Positions 1 through 9,238 of a DNA stretch of 25,740 bases are shown here, in pieces. The DNA comes from an archaeon (lineage in GTDB: Archaea; Iainarchaeota; Iainarchaeia; Iainarchaeales; 0-14-0-20-34-12), in NCBI GenBank assembly GCA_038046645.1, contig JBBSVU010000004.1, forward strand, positions 1 to 25,740, in the 5' to 3' direction. Each line of letters opens with the position of its first letter. Positions within the stretch are counted from its first letter, which is position 1. A model generated the notes under the pieces. It ran no database searches. It saw only the letters and a program-made list of their open reading frames with translations, and was not told where the DNA came from. A program made the translations under genes and the position numbers.

Positions 1-76
1 TGTATGCCTTTGGAGGCTGCTATTAAGCAGCCAATGAATTAGGAAGCCGCAGCCTTTAGGCTGTGGAGGATGTCAC
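1..76 (+). mobile_element. Right end of an IS200/IS605-family (tnpB-type) element, including a probable omega/reRNA scaffold; rest of element lies left of the window
   Basis: GCCTTTGGAGG...ATGAATTAGGAAGCC, then hairpin CCGCAGCC-TTTA-GGCTGTGG (47-66) and AGGATGTCAC ending in TCAC (73-76). A second hairpin GGCTGCT-ATTA-AGCAGCC at 15-32. This layout is typical of IS605/IS1341 right ends. Confidence 0.75.
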
Positions 77-82
77 ATAAGC

Positions 83-343
83 CTATTTTATTTTTTTATA
101 AATATTTTTTCTGTGGCCTATTGAAAAAATAAATATATTATTCTCATTAGGGAATATTTTAGCAATTATCCTGTAATCCCCAACCCTTAACTTGTATTCT
201 TCCCTGCCTGCCAATCTTTCAAAATATTGAAACGGATCTTCCTTTGTATTATCTAGTTTAACCAGTACCCTTTTAGCAATAATATTTTCCATTTTCTTCA
301 ATTGTGAGCTTGCCTCTTCTGAGAAAATGAGTTTAAACCCCAT
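83..343 (-). CDS. relE: RelE/ParE-family type II toxin (mRNA interferase)
   Basis: 86 aa basic protein with RelE motifs (YKLRVGDYRII, IGHRKNIY); overlaps the upstream antitoxin. Confidence 0.9.
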   Translation of the reverse strand: MGFKLIFSEEASSQLKKMENIIAKRVLVKLDNTKEDPFQYFERLAGREEYKLRVGDYRIIAKIFPNENNIFIFSIGHRKNIYKKIK

Positions 344-581
344 TTTTGATCCCCAGCATTTTCTTGACTTCCTGCATTGAATATACCTTTCCCTGCTTTA
401 TGTCCCTTAATGACCTTAATAATGATGCCTTAAATTCTTCAGTATATTCACCTTCATCATCTCTTGATGGCACTAATTCTAACAAGGATTCTAACAATTC
501 ATCATATGTTTCTCTGCTAGTTTTTAATCTTGAAAGCTTGTCCCTTGTTTCAGGGCTTATTTGTATAGTTGTATAACTCAT
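333..581 (-). CDS. Antitoxin (archaeal RHH-like / RelB-type)
   Basis: TTIQIS..TRDKL..LK...ETYDELL N-terminus and a C-terminal GKVYSMQEVKK motif; 11-bp overlap with relE. Confidence 0.8.
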   Translation of the reverse strand: MSYTTIQISPETRDKLSRLKTSRETYDELLESLLELVPSRDDEGEYTEEFKASLLRSLRDIKQGKVYSMQEVKKMLGIKNGV

Positions 582-693
582 GTATAGTCACCTATATTTG
601 TGTTATGTGCTAGATTATAAAATACTTTTGGTTATTTTAGAGATAGTTATAAAAACACTATTTTCATTTTTATGTTATTGGGAGGCTGATTTT

Positions 694-1119
694 ATGATTG
701 TCAAGGATTTGATGAAGCCATTTTTGAGGTTAGAATGTAAAACCACAATAGCAAAAGCTGCAGAGCTTATGGAAAAAGCACATACTGGTTCTGCGTTAGT
801 AGAATGCAATGGCAAGCCAATTGGAGTTGTTACTGAGAGGGATTTCCTGAAAAAAGTGGTTGCCGCAGGCCGCAATTCAGCAATTGAAACAGTTGAGGCA
901 ATAATGAATTCACCAATAATAACTATTGAGCAGGATGCAGACATTTATGATGCGAGCGATATTATGGCTAAAAAAAATATCAGGAGATTAGCTGTAATTA
1001 ATGAGAAAAAAGAGATAATAGGGAAAATTACTACACATGCAATATCCAAAAATGTCAGGTTTATTATGGGAAAGCAAATAATCAATGCAAGGGCAAGAAC
1101 TGATGCGCCAACTTTCTAA
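694..1119 (+). CDS. Tandem CBS-domain protein
   Basis: Two CBS repeats (VKDLM...GVVTERD; VEAIMNSP...IRRLAV..GKIT). Start moved to ATG 694, which follows GGAGG at 681-685. Confidence 0.9.
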   Translation: MIVKDLMKPFLRLECKTTIAKAAELMEKAHTGSALVECNGKPIGVVTERDFLKKVVAAGRNSAIETVEAIMNSPIITIEQDADIYDASDIMAKKNIRRLAVINEKKEIIGKITTHAISKNVRFIMGKQIINARARTDAPTF

Positions 1120-1180
1120 GGGATAATCCATTACTTTTATCCCTATCTTATCAATTTTTTATTGTGTTAAACAGATATAA

Positions 1181-3151
1181 TCATACCCCCAGCATTGTCA
1201 AAAATCTGAAAGCCAATCCGCTAATTAAAATTGCCAAGATTATCTCAATGATTGTAATCCCAATTGCCTTTTTCCAGCCAAATTCCCTTTGCAAAGCCAG
1301 AATTGTAGCCAAGCAAGGGATATAGAGCATTGTTACTAATGCCAGGGTTATCATTTGTATTGGGGTTAAGATTGTTGCAAAATTTGTCGTATTGAACATC
1401 ACCGCGAGCATCAATAATGTCAGTTCCTTCCTTACAATCCCAAATATTAATAAGATTCCAGTTACTGCTGGCAAGCCAAGCCAGCTTACTGTAATGATGC
1501 TCAAGCCATCATTTATGGGATCCAAAAAACCATATGAATAGAGCAGTTGAATTATTGCGCTTCCGATAATGTATGCTGGAAATACAATAATCAATAATGA
1601 TTTTGTCCTTGCCCATGTCTGCTTTAACACTGTTTTTATGTGCGGGAAATGATATGCAGGCATTTCCATTATCAAGCCCACAGATTCTCCTGGCACTAAC
1701 TTAAATGCAATTCTCCCTAATATTAAAATTAATATAATGTCAAAAACATATATTGCAAGTGCCCACCAGATATTAACAAATGCTGCCACTAACCCAAGTA
1801 TTACTAAAGTTCGTGCCATGCATGGCACTAGTGTAATTAAGAATGCGCTTATTAATTTCTGTTTTTTTGTCTCCATTATCCTGCACGCAAAGCAGGCAGG
1901 CACATTGCAGCCATATCCTAGCAATAATGGAATTATGGCTTTGCCATGCAACCCTAATTTATGCATCATTTTATCAAGCATAAATGCAATCCTTGGCAGA
2001 TATCCTGAATTTTCCAAAATTGCCAATAACAAATAGAACGGCAACACATAAGGGATAATTAAAGTAATGCCGGCAACAAACCCGGTAAAAATCCCATTCC
2101 ACAAGATTCTGTCAATGGAACCGGAAACAACAGGGTTTAATGTTTCAAAATTCCCCAAATAATTAGCAATCATTGTTGAAATGAAATTCCCGATTATAAA
2201 AGTCCACACAAGCAAGCCGCCTATAACTCCAATAACCAGCAAATACCCAAAAAAGTTATTCAATGCAATTTTATCAAGTTTTTCAGTAAGGCTTTCCTTT
2301 GTATCTTCCACCCTTACACTTTCTTTTATAATATTTTCTATAATTTCGTATCTTTCCCCGCTTAATAACACATTTATTTTTTTATGGTAAATTTTTTCAA
2401 GCCTTTCCGCAGATTTTTTTGCCAAATCAGCCAATTCGCTATTTTTCCCAGATACTATTTTTATTGCTTCAGAATCATTTTCAAGCAACTTTATTGCAAT
2501 CCATCTCGGTGCATATTCAATATTTTCAATTTCTTTCCCAACCACCCCAACTATCTTGCTTATCTCTTTTTCCAAATCCTCACTGTATTTTATCCTATTC
2601 TCCTGTTTTGCCAAATCCCCTACCTCAATGGTTTTATCAATTATTTCTTCAATGCCTTTACCTGAAACAGCCGCAGTTTCTATTACTGGGATGCCAAGCA
2701 TTTGCCCAAGTTTTTCCTTATCTATATTTATTTTCCTTTTTTTCAATAGGTCCGCAAAATTTAATACTAAAATTAGTGGAACATTTAGCTCAATCAATTG
2801 CAGCGTAAAATATAAATTTCTTTCAAGGTTTGTCGCATCAACAATATTTATCACGACATCAGGCTTTTCCTTTGCTATATATTCCCTTGAAACAAGTTCT
2901 TCTTCCGAAAATGTTGAGAATGAATATATTCCAGGGAGATCAACAACCTTCACTTTTTTGCCATTGTACTGCAATAATCCTTCTGCAATTTCAACAGTCT
3001 TCCCAGGCCAGTTGCCTATTGTCTGGTTCAAGCCGGTTAGCTGGTTGAAGATTGTGCTTTTTCCAACATTGGCATTTCCTGCCAAGGCTATTGTAAAATC
3101 TACCTGTTCATTCCCTTTCAATCTGTTTGAATTTGAGCAGCATTCAGGCAT
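1181..3151 (-). CDS. feoB: Ferrous iron transporter FeoB
   Basis: GTPase motifs GNANVGKS, GNWPGKTV, DLPG and DATNLERNL, followed by a polytopic membrane region with GYGCNVPA and PC gate motifs. Confidence 0.97.
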   Translation of the reverse strand: MPECCSNSNRLKGNEQVDFTIALAGNANVGKSTIFNQLTGLNQTIGNWPGKTVEIAEGLLQYNGKKVKVVDLPGIYSFSTFSEEELVSREYIAKEKPDVVINIVDATNLERNLYFTLQLIELNVPLILVLNFADLLKKRKINIDKEKLGQMLGIPVIETAAVSGKGIEEIIDKTIEVGDLAKQENRIKYSEDLEKEISKIVGVVGKEIENIEYAPRWIAIKLLENDSEAIKIVSGKNSELADLAKKSAERLEKIYHKKINVLLSGERYEIIENIIKESVRVEDTKESLTEKLDKIALNNFFGYLLVIGVIGGLLVWTFIIGNFISTMIANYLGNFETLNPVVSGSIDRILWNGIFTGFVAGITLIIPYVLPFYLLLAILENSGYLPRIAFMLDKMMHKLGLHGKAIIPLLLGYGCNVPACFACRIMETKKQKLISAFLITLVPCMARTLVILGLVAAFVNIWWALAIYVFDIILILILGRIAFKLVPGESVGLIMEMPAYHFPHIKTVLKQTWARTKSLLIIVFPAYIIGSAIIQLLYSYGFLDPINDGLSIITVSWLGLPAVTGILLIFGIVRKELTLLMLAVMFNTTNFATILTPIQMITLALVTMLYIPCLATILALQREFGWKKAIGITIIEIILAILISGLAFRFLTMLGV

Positions 3152-3166
3152 TTATTTTCACTTCTC

Positions 3167-3850
3167 TTAAATTTCAACGTAAATATCATTTGCAATCTCT
3201 CTGGAAATTGCCAGGTGGCTTCCTCTTACCAATATTTTTATCGGCCCCTTTAACGGTGCTTCAGCAATTATGCTTATTTTAGTATTCGGCAACAACCCCA
3301 AATCAGACAGCCTTTGCACTGCTTTTTCATTGCCTTTTATTGCAAATATCCTTCCTTTACCACCTTTTTTCAAGCTGTTTAATCTTATGATGTTCTTGCC
3401 TATTCCTTTTTCGCCCGTAATTTCTTTTTTTGGCATTACCCTGTTAGAAAGGGGTATCTCTTTTCCGTCCGGGCATTTTTTTGGGTTTCCCAGAAATTTT
3501 GAAAGTGCTTTTTCTGCGTTGTCTGACAGGTAATGCTCCATTTTGCATGCCTGCTCATGCATTCCTTTTTTTATTTTCAAAATATCATGCAAAAAACATT
3601 CCAGCAAGCGGTGTTTTCTTTTTATCTTTAGGGCAATCTGCAATCCCTTCTTTGTCAATAAAACTCCCTGGTAGGCTTCATATTCCACAAACCCATTTTC
3701 CTTTAGCCTTTGCACTGCTTCAGTTACACTTGCTGCGCGTATTTTAAGATAATCTGCAATTTGGCTGGTTTTTACAGTTTTTTTATTTTCCAGTTTTTCA
3801 GACAGATCGTATATCGTTTCCAAATATTCTTCAATTTCTTCTTTTGGCAT
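3167..3850 (-). CDS. DtxR/MntR-family metal-dependent repressor with C-terminal FeoA domain
   Basis: EEYLETIY, wHTH (ASVTEAVQRL), RKHRLLECFL, ACKMEH, CPDG..IP, then FeoA-like RLSDLGLLP...APLKGP. Confidence 0.93.
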   Translation of the reverse strand: MPKEEIEEYLETIYDLSEKLENKKTVKTSQIADYLKIRAASVTEAVQRLKENGFVEYEAYQGVLLTKKGLQIALKIKRKHRLLECFLHDILKIKKGMHEQACKMEHYLSDNAEKALSKFLGNPKKCPDGKEIPLSNRVMPKKEITGEKGIGKNIIRLNSLKKGGKGRIFAIKGNEKAVQRLSDLGLLPNTKISIIAEAPLKGPIKILVRGSHLAISREIANDIYVEI

Positions 3851-3872
3851 ATTTTTATAATAATCGGAAGGG

Positions 3873-3896
3873 TTTATAAATTTAGGTTGCCCTAAA
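3873..3896 (-). promoter_or_regulatory. TATA box plus adjacent DtxR/MntR-type operator of the dtxR-feoB operon
   Basis: TTTATAAA (3873-3880) lies 23-30 nt upstream of the ATG. The adjacent palindrome TTTAGG-TTGC-CCTAAA (3881-3896) resembles the TTAGG-N4-CCTAA type DtxR/MntR box. Confidence 0.75.
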
Positions 3897-4021
3897 AATT
3901 AGTTAACAATAGTTACCTTTGAGGTTTTTTTGGAAATTGCTTAGCAGATTGTTTAAAAACAGTGATTCTGTTATTTGTTTTATGAATCAAACAAAAATAA
4001 TAGCATTATCAATAATATTAC

Positions 4022-4143
4022 TCATAACGTCTGGCTTGCGGAAGCCATTGCCCTCAGGCAATGGTATCGTATTTTTTCTTGAAACATTAACAGTATTGTT
4101 CCGCAAGCCCATGCCTTTAGGCGTGGGTTCCCAGACGTTATGA
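4022..4143. mobile_element. 122-bp palindromic element; probable non-autonomous IS200/IS605 derivative (PATE/MITE-like)
   Basis: 13-bp terminal inverted repeat TCATAACGTCTGG / CCAGACGTTATGA, inner inverted repeat CTTGCGGAA / TTCCGCAAG, and two AAGCC-led hairpins (4045-4064, 4108-4127) resembling the IS end at 43-66. Confidence 0.55.
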
Positions 4144-4144
4144 C

Positions 4145-4546
4145 AATGTTGTTTACACTTTGCTTTCAATCCCTTCAGGGATGCTTTCCGATAAAATCGG
4201 CAGAAAGAAAGTCTTGTCTGCAGGATATTTTCTCTTTATCCTAACTCTTATTGGCTTAGTATTTGCAAATTCAATAATCCTTTTTGTGCTGCTGTTTGCA
4301 CTTTACGGAATTGTTTATGCCTTGGTTGAAGGAAACCAAAGGGCGTTGATTACTGATTTAAGCAAAAAAGAACTTAGAGGCACTTCTTTGGGAACTTTTC
4401 ATATGTTCATAAGCTTAGCTACACTGCCAAGCAATTTAATTGCAGGCTACTTGTGGAATATTAACACTGATTACACATTTTTCTTTGCAGCAATTATGGC
4501 TGTAATCGCATTGATTCTCCTATTTTTTTGGAAGAATGAAAACTAG
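4145..4546 (+). pseudogene. 5'-truncated MFS transporter (last ~4-5 TM helices only)
   Basis: NVVYTLLSIPSGMLSDKIGRKK is MFS motif A of the C-terminal half. The frame is closed upstream by TAG (4118-4120) inside the palindromic element; no N-terminal half is present. Confidence 0.8.
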
Positions 4547-4648
4547 CCTAAATATCCCCTAGCCTTTTGGGAATTTGCATTACAAATATATAAATATAAG
4601 TTTCTTCTTATTCTGTTAAAATAAATACTATTACTTCGAGGTGAATAG

Positions 4649-6523
4649 ATGAAATTAGGTTTAAGATTATCACAACTACTTCTGGTGTCTGTGATTATGC
4701 TGACTGTTCTGTTTGCATATGCATGGGCGCAGGAAGAAGGAGGAGCTCCGCCAGCAGAAGCCCCGCCAGCTGATGCAGGGCCACCAGCTGATGCAGGGCC
4801 GCCAGCCGGAGCACCTGATATGGGACCGCCATCTGGGGGACCACCAGCCGGAGCACCTGATATGGGACCGCCATCTGGAGGGCCACCAGCCGGAGCACCA
4901 GATATGGGACCACCAACTGGAGACGGAGCACCAACTGGAGATGGAGCACCAACTGGAGATGGAGCACCAACCGGTGACGGAGCACCAACAGGAGACGGTC
5001 AACCACCAGCAGGTGATGGAGCACCAACAGGAGATGGAGCACCAACTGGAGACGGAGCACCACCAGCAGGTGAAACTTTTACAGGCCCAGGAGGCTGTAA
5101 TACTCCAGAAAGCTGCCAATCTTATTGTGCATCAAATCCAGAACAATGCATGCAACAAATGCAGCAGCAGGATGTTGCACAGCAGGCAGGAGAGCAGATT
5201 AAGCAGGAATATCAACAAATGCAGCCAGAGCAGCAGCAGGAATTTAGCGGACCAGGAGGCTGTAAAAAACCAAGTGAATGTATGCAATACTGCATGGACA
5301 ATCAAACAGACCCGCAATGCAATGCAAAAGGAAAAGAGCGTGAGGAGAAAGCACACAAACTCCCTCCAACAGAAATACCGCCAGAACTTGTTGCAGCTGG
5401 TTTAGAAAATGAATTTGTCGGCATAATGTGTTCAGCCATGAAATATGGCCTGCAGAAAAATCTGGTTGACAGGTTAATCATTACAGCAGATTATTTGAAT
5501 GCTGCTGCGTTAACCGAAGGCATTACCGGAGTAGATACTTCGGGTTTGACAAAATTCGCAACAGATATGTCTGCCAACATAGATGCACTTTGTGCAGCAA
5601 CCCCATCAACATTTGCAACAGTTATGGGTACAATGGCTTCTTCTTTGAATGAAGATACAATGAAGCCACTCTTTGAAGCGCCAATGAAACAATTCATGCT
5701 TGGCTTTGGGCCAAAGGCTGATGCAATACAAGAATCCTATATGTCCCAGATACAAGCACTAGGGTCACAAATGGGTTCAGTACAAGATCCTGCACAGCAA
5801 CAGGCATTGCAAGCTCAGATGCAGGCTTTACAGGCACAGATGAATCAGGAAATGCAAGCAATAGGACACAAACCCGAAACAATCTTCGAAGGCATGGAAG
5901 CAGAGATACTGGCAAAGCTTGCAGCAAAGGATTACAGTGCGTTAGCACAAGATGCCCTTACTAAACAAATGACAATTATGGACAAGATGACTGCATTCCA
6001 CATGGAAAAGATACAGGATGCAATAGACAAATTTAAGGAATTGGGTTTTGATGTAAGTGTATTGGAACAGGTAAAAGAAGAAATGATTGTAGCAACAGAA
6101 GAACTAAAGGCATGTGTCAGCGCAATGGACTTTGGAGGAGAGGAAGATCCTGAAGAAAAGTGCTTTGTGCCTATGCAGGCAAAGGCAGCAGTATGGGAGC
6201 AGAAGATTAAGGATTCTATACAATCACAAATAGAAAAGAAATACACTAACATACTGCCAGTAATATTGCCTGATGTGTACAAAGGAATAGAAATGGCCAA
6301 GAAGAATGACATTGACACAAAGAAAATAGAAGCAATAGTTGCAAAACTTGAAATGCTGCAAACAATCATTACAACACTGAGTGAAAAACTTAAAGAAGAA
6401 GATGACAAGGCATTTGGTGTTCTTGATGATTTGCAGACCGGAGTAGATGATTTGCAGAAGGAATGGAAGCTTCTGAAGACTAAACTTGACAACAAGGCAA
6501 AAGCAAAGAAGGTGGAACAATGA
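4649..6523 (+). CDS. Large secreted/surface protein: signal peptide, Pro/Gly repeats, two GPGGC Cys motifs, Gln/Met-rich helical and coiled-coil body
   Basis: SD GAGGTGA at 4638-4644; signal peptide ending AYAWA-Q; 624 aa open frame. Confidence 0.85.
   Translation: MKLGLRLSQLLLVSVIMLTVLFAYAWAQEEGGAPPAEAPPADAGPPADAGPPAGAPDMGPPSGGPPAGAPDMGPPSGGPPAGAPDMGPPTGDGAPTGDGAPTGDGAPTGDGAPTGDGQPPAGDGAPTGDGAPTGDGAPPAGETFTGPGGCNTPESCQSYCASNPEQCMQQMQQQDVAQQAGEQIKQEYQQMQPEQQQEFSGPGGCKKPSECMQYCMDNQTDPQCNAKGKEREEKAHKLPPTEIPPELVAAGLENEFVGIMCSAMKYGLQKNLVDRLIITADYLNAAALTEGITGVDTSGLTKFATDMSANIDALCAATPSTFATVMGTMASSLNEDTMKPLFEAPMKQFMLGFGPKADAIQESYMSQIQALGSQMGSVQDPAQQQALQAQMQALQAQMNQEMQAIGHKPETIFEGMEAEILAKLAAKDYSALAQDALTKQMTIMDKMTAFHMEKIQDAIDKFKELGFDVSVLEQVKEEMIVATEELKACVSAMDFGGEEDPEEKCFVPMQAKAAVWEQKIKDSIQSQIEKKYTNILPVILPDVYKGIEMAKKNDIDTKKIEAIVAKLEMLQTIITTLSEKLKEEDDKAFGVLDDLQTGVDDLQKEWKLLKTKLDNKAKAKKVEQ
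4765..5070 (+). repeat. Coding tandem repeats: GPPAGAPDMGPP(S/T)G x3 (42 bp) and GDGAPT-type hexapeptides (18 bp)
   Basis: Visible in both DNA and translation; unit lengths are multiples of 3. Confidence 0.9.
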
Positions 6524-6816
6524 ATAACAAAGTTTTGATTTTGTTAGCATTACTGACGCTAGCAGTAGTTTTCTCAGGATGCACACAGCCAAAAACAGAA
6601 GGAGCAGATGCTGCAGCAGGTGGTGATGAACCTACAGCACTTACTGAAGGTGCGGTAAATGAACTGCCAGCAGATATCACAAACGATAAATTGAAGGAGC
6701 TTGATGAAGTTTCTAAGGATTTAGAGGAGATATCAAATATTAACTTAGGAATTGAGGGAGCAGGAGAATTGACAAACAAGGCAAAATCAGGAACAAAGGC
6801 AGAAGTGCCACAATAA
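6520..6816 (+). CDS. Small acidic lipoprotein-like secreted protein
   Basis: MNNK + hydrophobic stretch + FSGC lipobox; ATGA overlap with the upstream gene. Confidence 0.8.
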   Translation: MNNKVLILLALLTLAVVFSGCTQPKTEGADAAAGGDEPTALTEGAVNELPADITNDKLKELDEVSKDLEEISNINLGIEGAGELTNKAKSGTKAEVPQ

Positions 6817-6817
6817 G

Positions 6818-6859
6818 ATAGGGAAATTAATTTCCCTATTTTTTCTTTTTTTATTTTTT
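6818..6859 (+). terminator. Hairpin plus oligo-T terminator
   Basis: Perfect 22-bp palindrome ATAGGGAAATTAATTTCCCTAT (6818-6839) followed by long T tracts, right after the stop codon. Confidence 0.75.
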
Positions 6860-6898
6860 AGGATTTTATTATTTAATTTTTTTAGTGCTTCTTAAATA

Positions 6899-7333
6899 TC
6901 AAATCTGATAACCCCAAGCCCTTAAATTTTCCCTAGCAATTCTGTTAATCGTATTTTCATCCCTTCCAGCAAAAGCAAGCCTGTCCATCTCAAGTATTAA
7001 AGCGTCTCTTGCATTAAGATTTAACGCTTCATATATTTCTTGCGCTGTTTCAGGCATTTTCGCTTGCTGTGCAGAAACCTTTATCCTTGCGGTTACAAAT
7101 AACTGGCCTGAAACTAATCCATGTAAAATATATGCTTTTCTTAAACTTTTAAAATCAGGATTTGGATTTTCAATGCTGATTAATACTCCCTTAACTTTAA
7201 CCCAAGTTATGTCTGTTACAGGCCTTTTGCGGCTGCTGCTACTATGCAAACCTTGAGTCATCCCAAGCCCCATTAGCTCATGTGACCTGCCTTTTTTCAA
7301 AGGCCTACTCGATGTACCCCCAGTACGAGCCAT
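6899..7333 (-). CDS. Hypothetical protein with basic N-terminus
   Basis: 144 aa ATG ORF filling the intergenic space; no family recognised. Confidence 0.65.
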   Translation of the reverse strand: MARTGGTSSRPLKKGRSHELMGLGMTQGLHSSSSRKRPVTDITWVKVKGVLISIENPNPDFKSLRKAYILHGLVSGQLFVTARIKVSAQQAKMPETAQEIYEALNLNARDALILEMDRLAFAGRDENTINRIARENLRAWGYQI

Positions 7334-7422
7334 AATAATCTATTAAATATGAGCGTAATAACTTAAATTATATTACTGTTCTAAAATAAGCTTGCTGAAT
7401 TCCAAAGAACTTCTTTCTTTTT

Positions 7423-7998
7423 TTATTTTTTTAAAATTCCGTTAATTTGATTTAAACGCCTGCTCAATTCAGTTTTATCTTCGATAATTCTTGGCAGCTC
7501 CCTTCTAAGGCGTCTTAGATGATAAATGGAATTTGCCCTTGCATATTGTTCAATAACTGTTTCCCACCTTGTAGTGTCTCCTCTACCTTCTTCAACAGCA
7601 CCAGCCAAATCATGAAAACCTCTTCTTATTAATACTATTTTTGGAGCATCAATAAAACCACTGCTTATTAGGAAGGATACTGTAGCATGCAATTCTTTGT
7701 AACTCCCTCTGCCAATAATTTCTTCTACTTTTCTTTCAAGGTTTGCATTGAGCATTTCAGGTTTACTTCTTCTGATTGTGTCACCCAGTTCTGCATGTAA
7801 TTTTCTATATCTAGGGTTACTGTCATATGTTTTGTTTATTTCATTCCAATATGACCAACCAAAAAGAGATTCGGAAGGAAAAGAAAATTTGGGCACAATA
7901 CCTTGCTTCCTAAAAAACATGTTTACTGCTTTTGCAGTCATAGGCCCTATTGGTATTTTTCTTGTACTTGCTCTTGCAGGTTTTCTCAGAGTTGGCAT
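7423..7998 (-). CDS. Hypothetical basic helical protein
   Basis: 191 aa ORF starting MPTLRKPARASTRK; no family recognised. Confidence 0.7.
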   Translation of the reverse strand: MPTLRKPARASTRKIPIGPMTAKAVNMFFRKQGIVPKFSFPSESLFGWSYWNEINKTYDSNPRYRKLHAELGDTIRRSKPEMLNANLERKVEEIIGRGSYKELHATVSFLISSGFIDAPKIVLIRRGFHDLAGAVEEGRGDTTRWETVIEQYARANSIYHLRRLRRELPRIIEDKTELSRRLNQINGILKK

Positions 7999-8095
7999 AC
8001 CTAATTCCCATTAATGCTTCTTAAATACTATTTGTTTTGGGGAAAATTAACAATAGCTTTAAAAATAATTTCCCCTTCAATTATGGTTGGGTTAA

Positions 8096-9238
8096 TTGGC
8101 AGAACCCAAGCAAAAAGGATTTTTAGTTTTGGAAGATAATTCTGTTTTTTCAGGTTTCTCATTTGGTTTTAATTCCGGAAATTCTTTTTCCGGAGAGGTA
8201 GTTTTCAACACAGGCATGGTTGGCTATCCTGAAAGCTTTACTGACCCAAGTTACAAAGGCCAGATCATTACCTTGACTTATCCGCTTATCGGGAATTATG
8301 GAATGCCTTCTTCTGAAAAAGATTCTTTTGGAATAGAAAAATTCTATGAATCCCCAAAAGCACAAATCTCTGGCTTAATTGTTTCTGATTATTCTTTTGA
8401 ATTTTCTCATTGGAATGCAGAAAAAAGTTTGCGGGCTTGGTTGGTTGAACAAAAAATCCCTGCAGTTTATGGTATTGATACAAGGGCATTGACAAAGAAA
8501 TTGCGCGAAAAAGGGGTAATGCTCGGAAGAATTATTATTGAAGATAAAGATATTGAACTGGAAGACCCAAATAAAAGAAATTTAGTTTCCGAGGTTTCAA
8601 TTGATAAACCCATTTCGTATTCTTCCCCTGATAAAAATAACAATTTTGGCAAAAATAAAAATATTACAATTGCCTTGGTTGATTGTGGCGCGAAAAACAA
8701 CATTTTGCGCAGCTTGCTTTCCAGAAATGTTTCTGTTTATAAAGTACCTTGGGATTTTGATTTATTTCCACAAAAAAATCAGCATGGCTTTGATGGCATT
8801 GTTTTAAGCAACGGCCCTGGAGACCCAAAATCCTGCAAGCAAACAATTCAAACAGTGAAAAAGGCAATTGAATCTAAAATTCCAATATTCGGAATTTGCT
8901 TGGGCAACCAGATTTTAGCCTTGGCAAGCGGAGCCGATACTTACAAATTGAAATATGGCCATAGAGGGCAGAACCAGCCAGCTGTTTTGGCAGATTCAAA
9001 AAGATGTTTTATCACAAGCCAAAACCACGGATATGCAGTAGATGAGAAAACCTTGCAGAATGGCTGGAAACCCTGGTTCCGCAATTTAAATGATGGCACA
9101 AATGAAGGAATAATCCACAAATCCGGCTTGTTTAAATCAGTGCAATTCCATCCAGAAGCAACACCCGGGCCGAATGATACAGCATTTTTATTTGATGAAT
9201 TTATTGAATTAGTTGAAAAGCAAAAAGTGAAAAAATGA
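8096..9238 (+). CDS. carA: Carbamoyl-phosphate synthase small (glutaminase) subunit
   Basis: GEVVFNTGMVGYPE.FTDPSY.GQ, SNGPGDP, catalytic GICLGNQ, QNHGYAV, QFHPE; TTG start. Confidence 0.97.
   Translation: MAEPKQKGFLVLEDNSVFSGFSFGFNSGNSFSGEVVFNTGMVGYPESFTDPSYKGQIITLTYPLIGNYGMPSSEKDSFGIEKFYESPKAQISGLIVSDYSFEFSHWNAEKSLRAWLVEQKIPAVYGIDTRALTKKLREKGVMLGRIIIEDKDIELEDPNKRNLVSEVSIDKPISYSSPDKNNNFGKNKNITIALVDCGAKNNILRSLLSRNVSVYKVPWDFDLFPQKNQHGFDGIVLSNGPGDPKSCKQTIQTVKKAIESKIPIFGICLGNQILALASGADTYKLKYGHRGQNQPAVLADSKRCFITSQNHGYAVDEKTLQNGWKPWFRNLNDGTNEGIIHKSGLFKSVQFHPEATPGPNDTAFLFDEFIELVEKQKVKK

Noticed and set aside
580..693. N-terminal extension of the CBS ORF
   Set aside because: It covers the divergent promoter region; an SD-preceded ATG at 694 matches the CBS domain start.
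3919..4169. ORFs 3919..4143 and 3987..4169 as genuine genes
   Set aside because: They mostly translate the palindromic element; only the short hydrophobic start at 3982 may be a gene remnant.
4676..5405. Alternative-frame and antisense repetitive ORFs (4676..5119, 4695..5063, 4713..5405)
   Set aside because: Shadows of the stop-poor coding repeats in 4649..6523.
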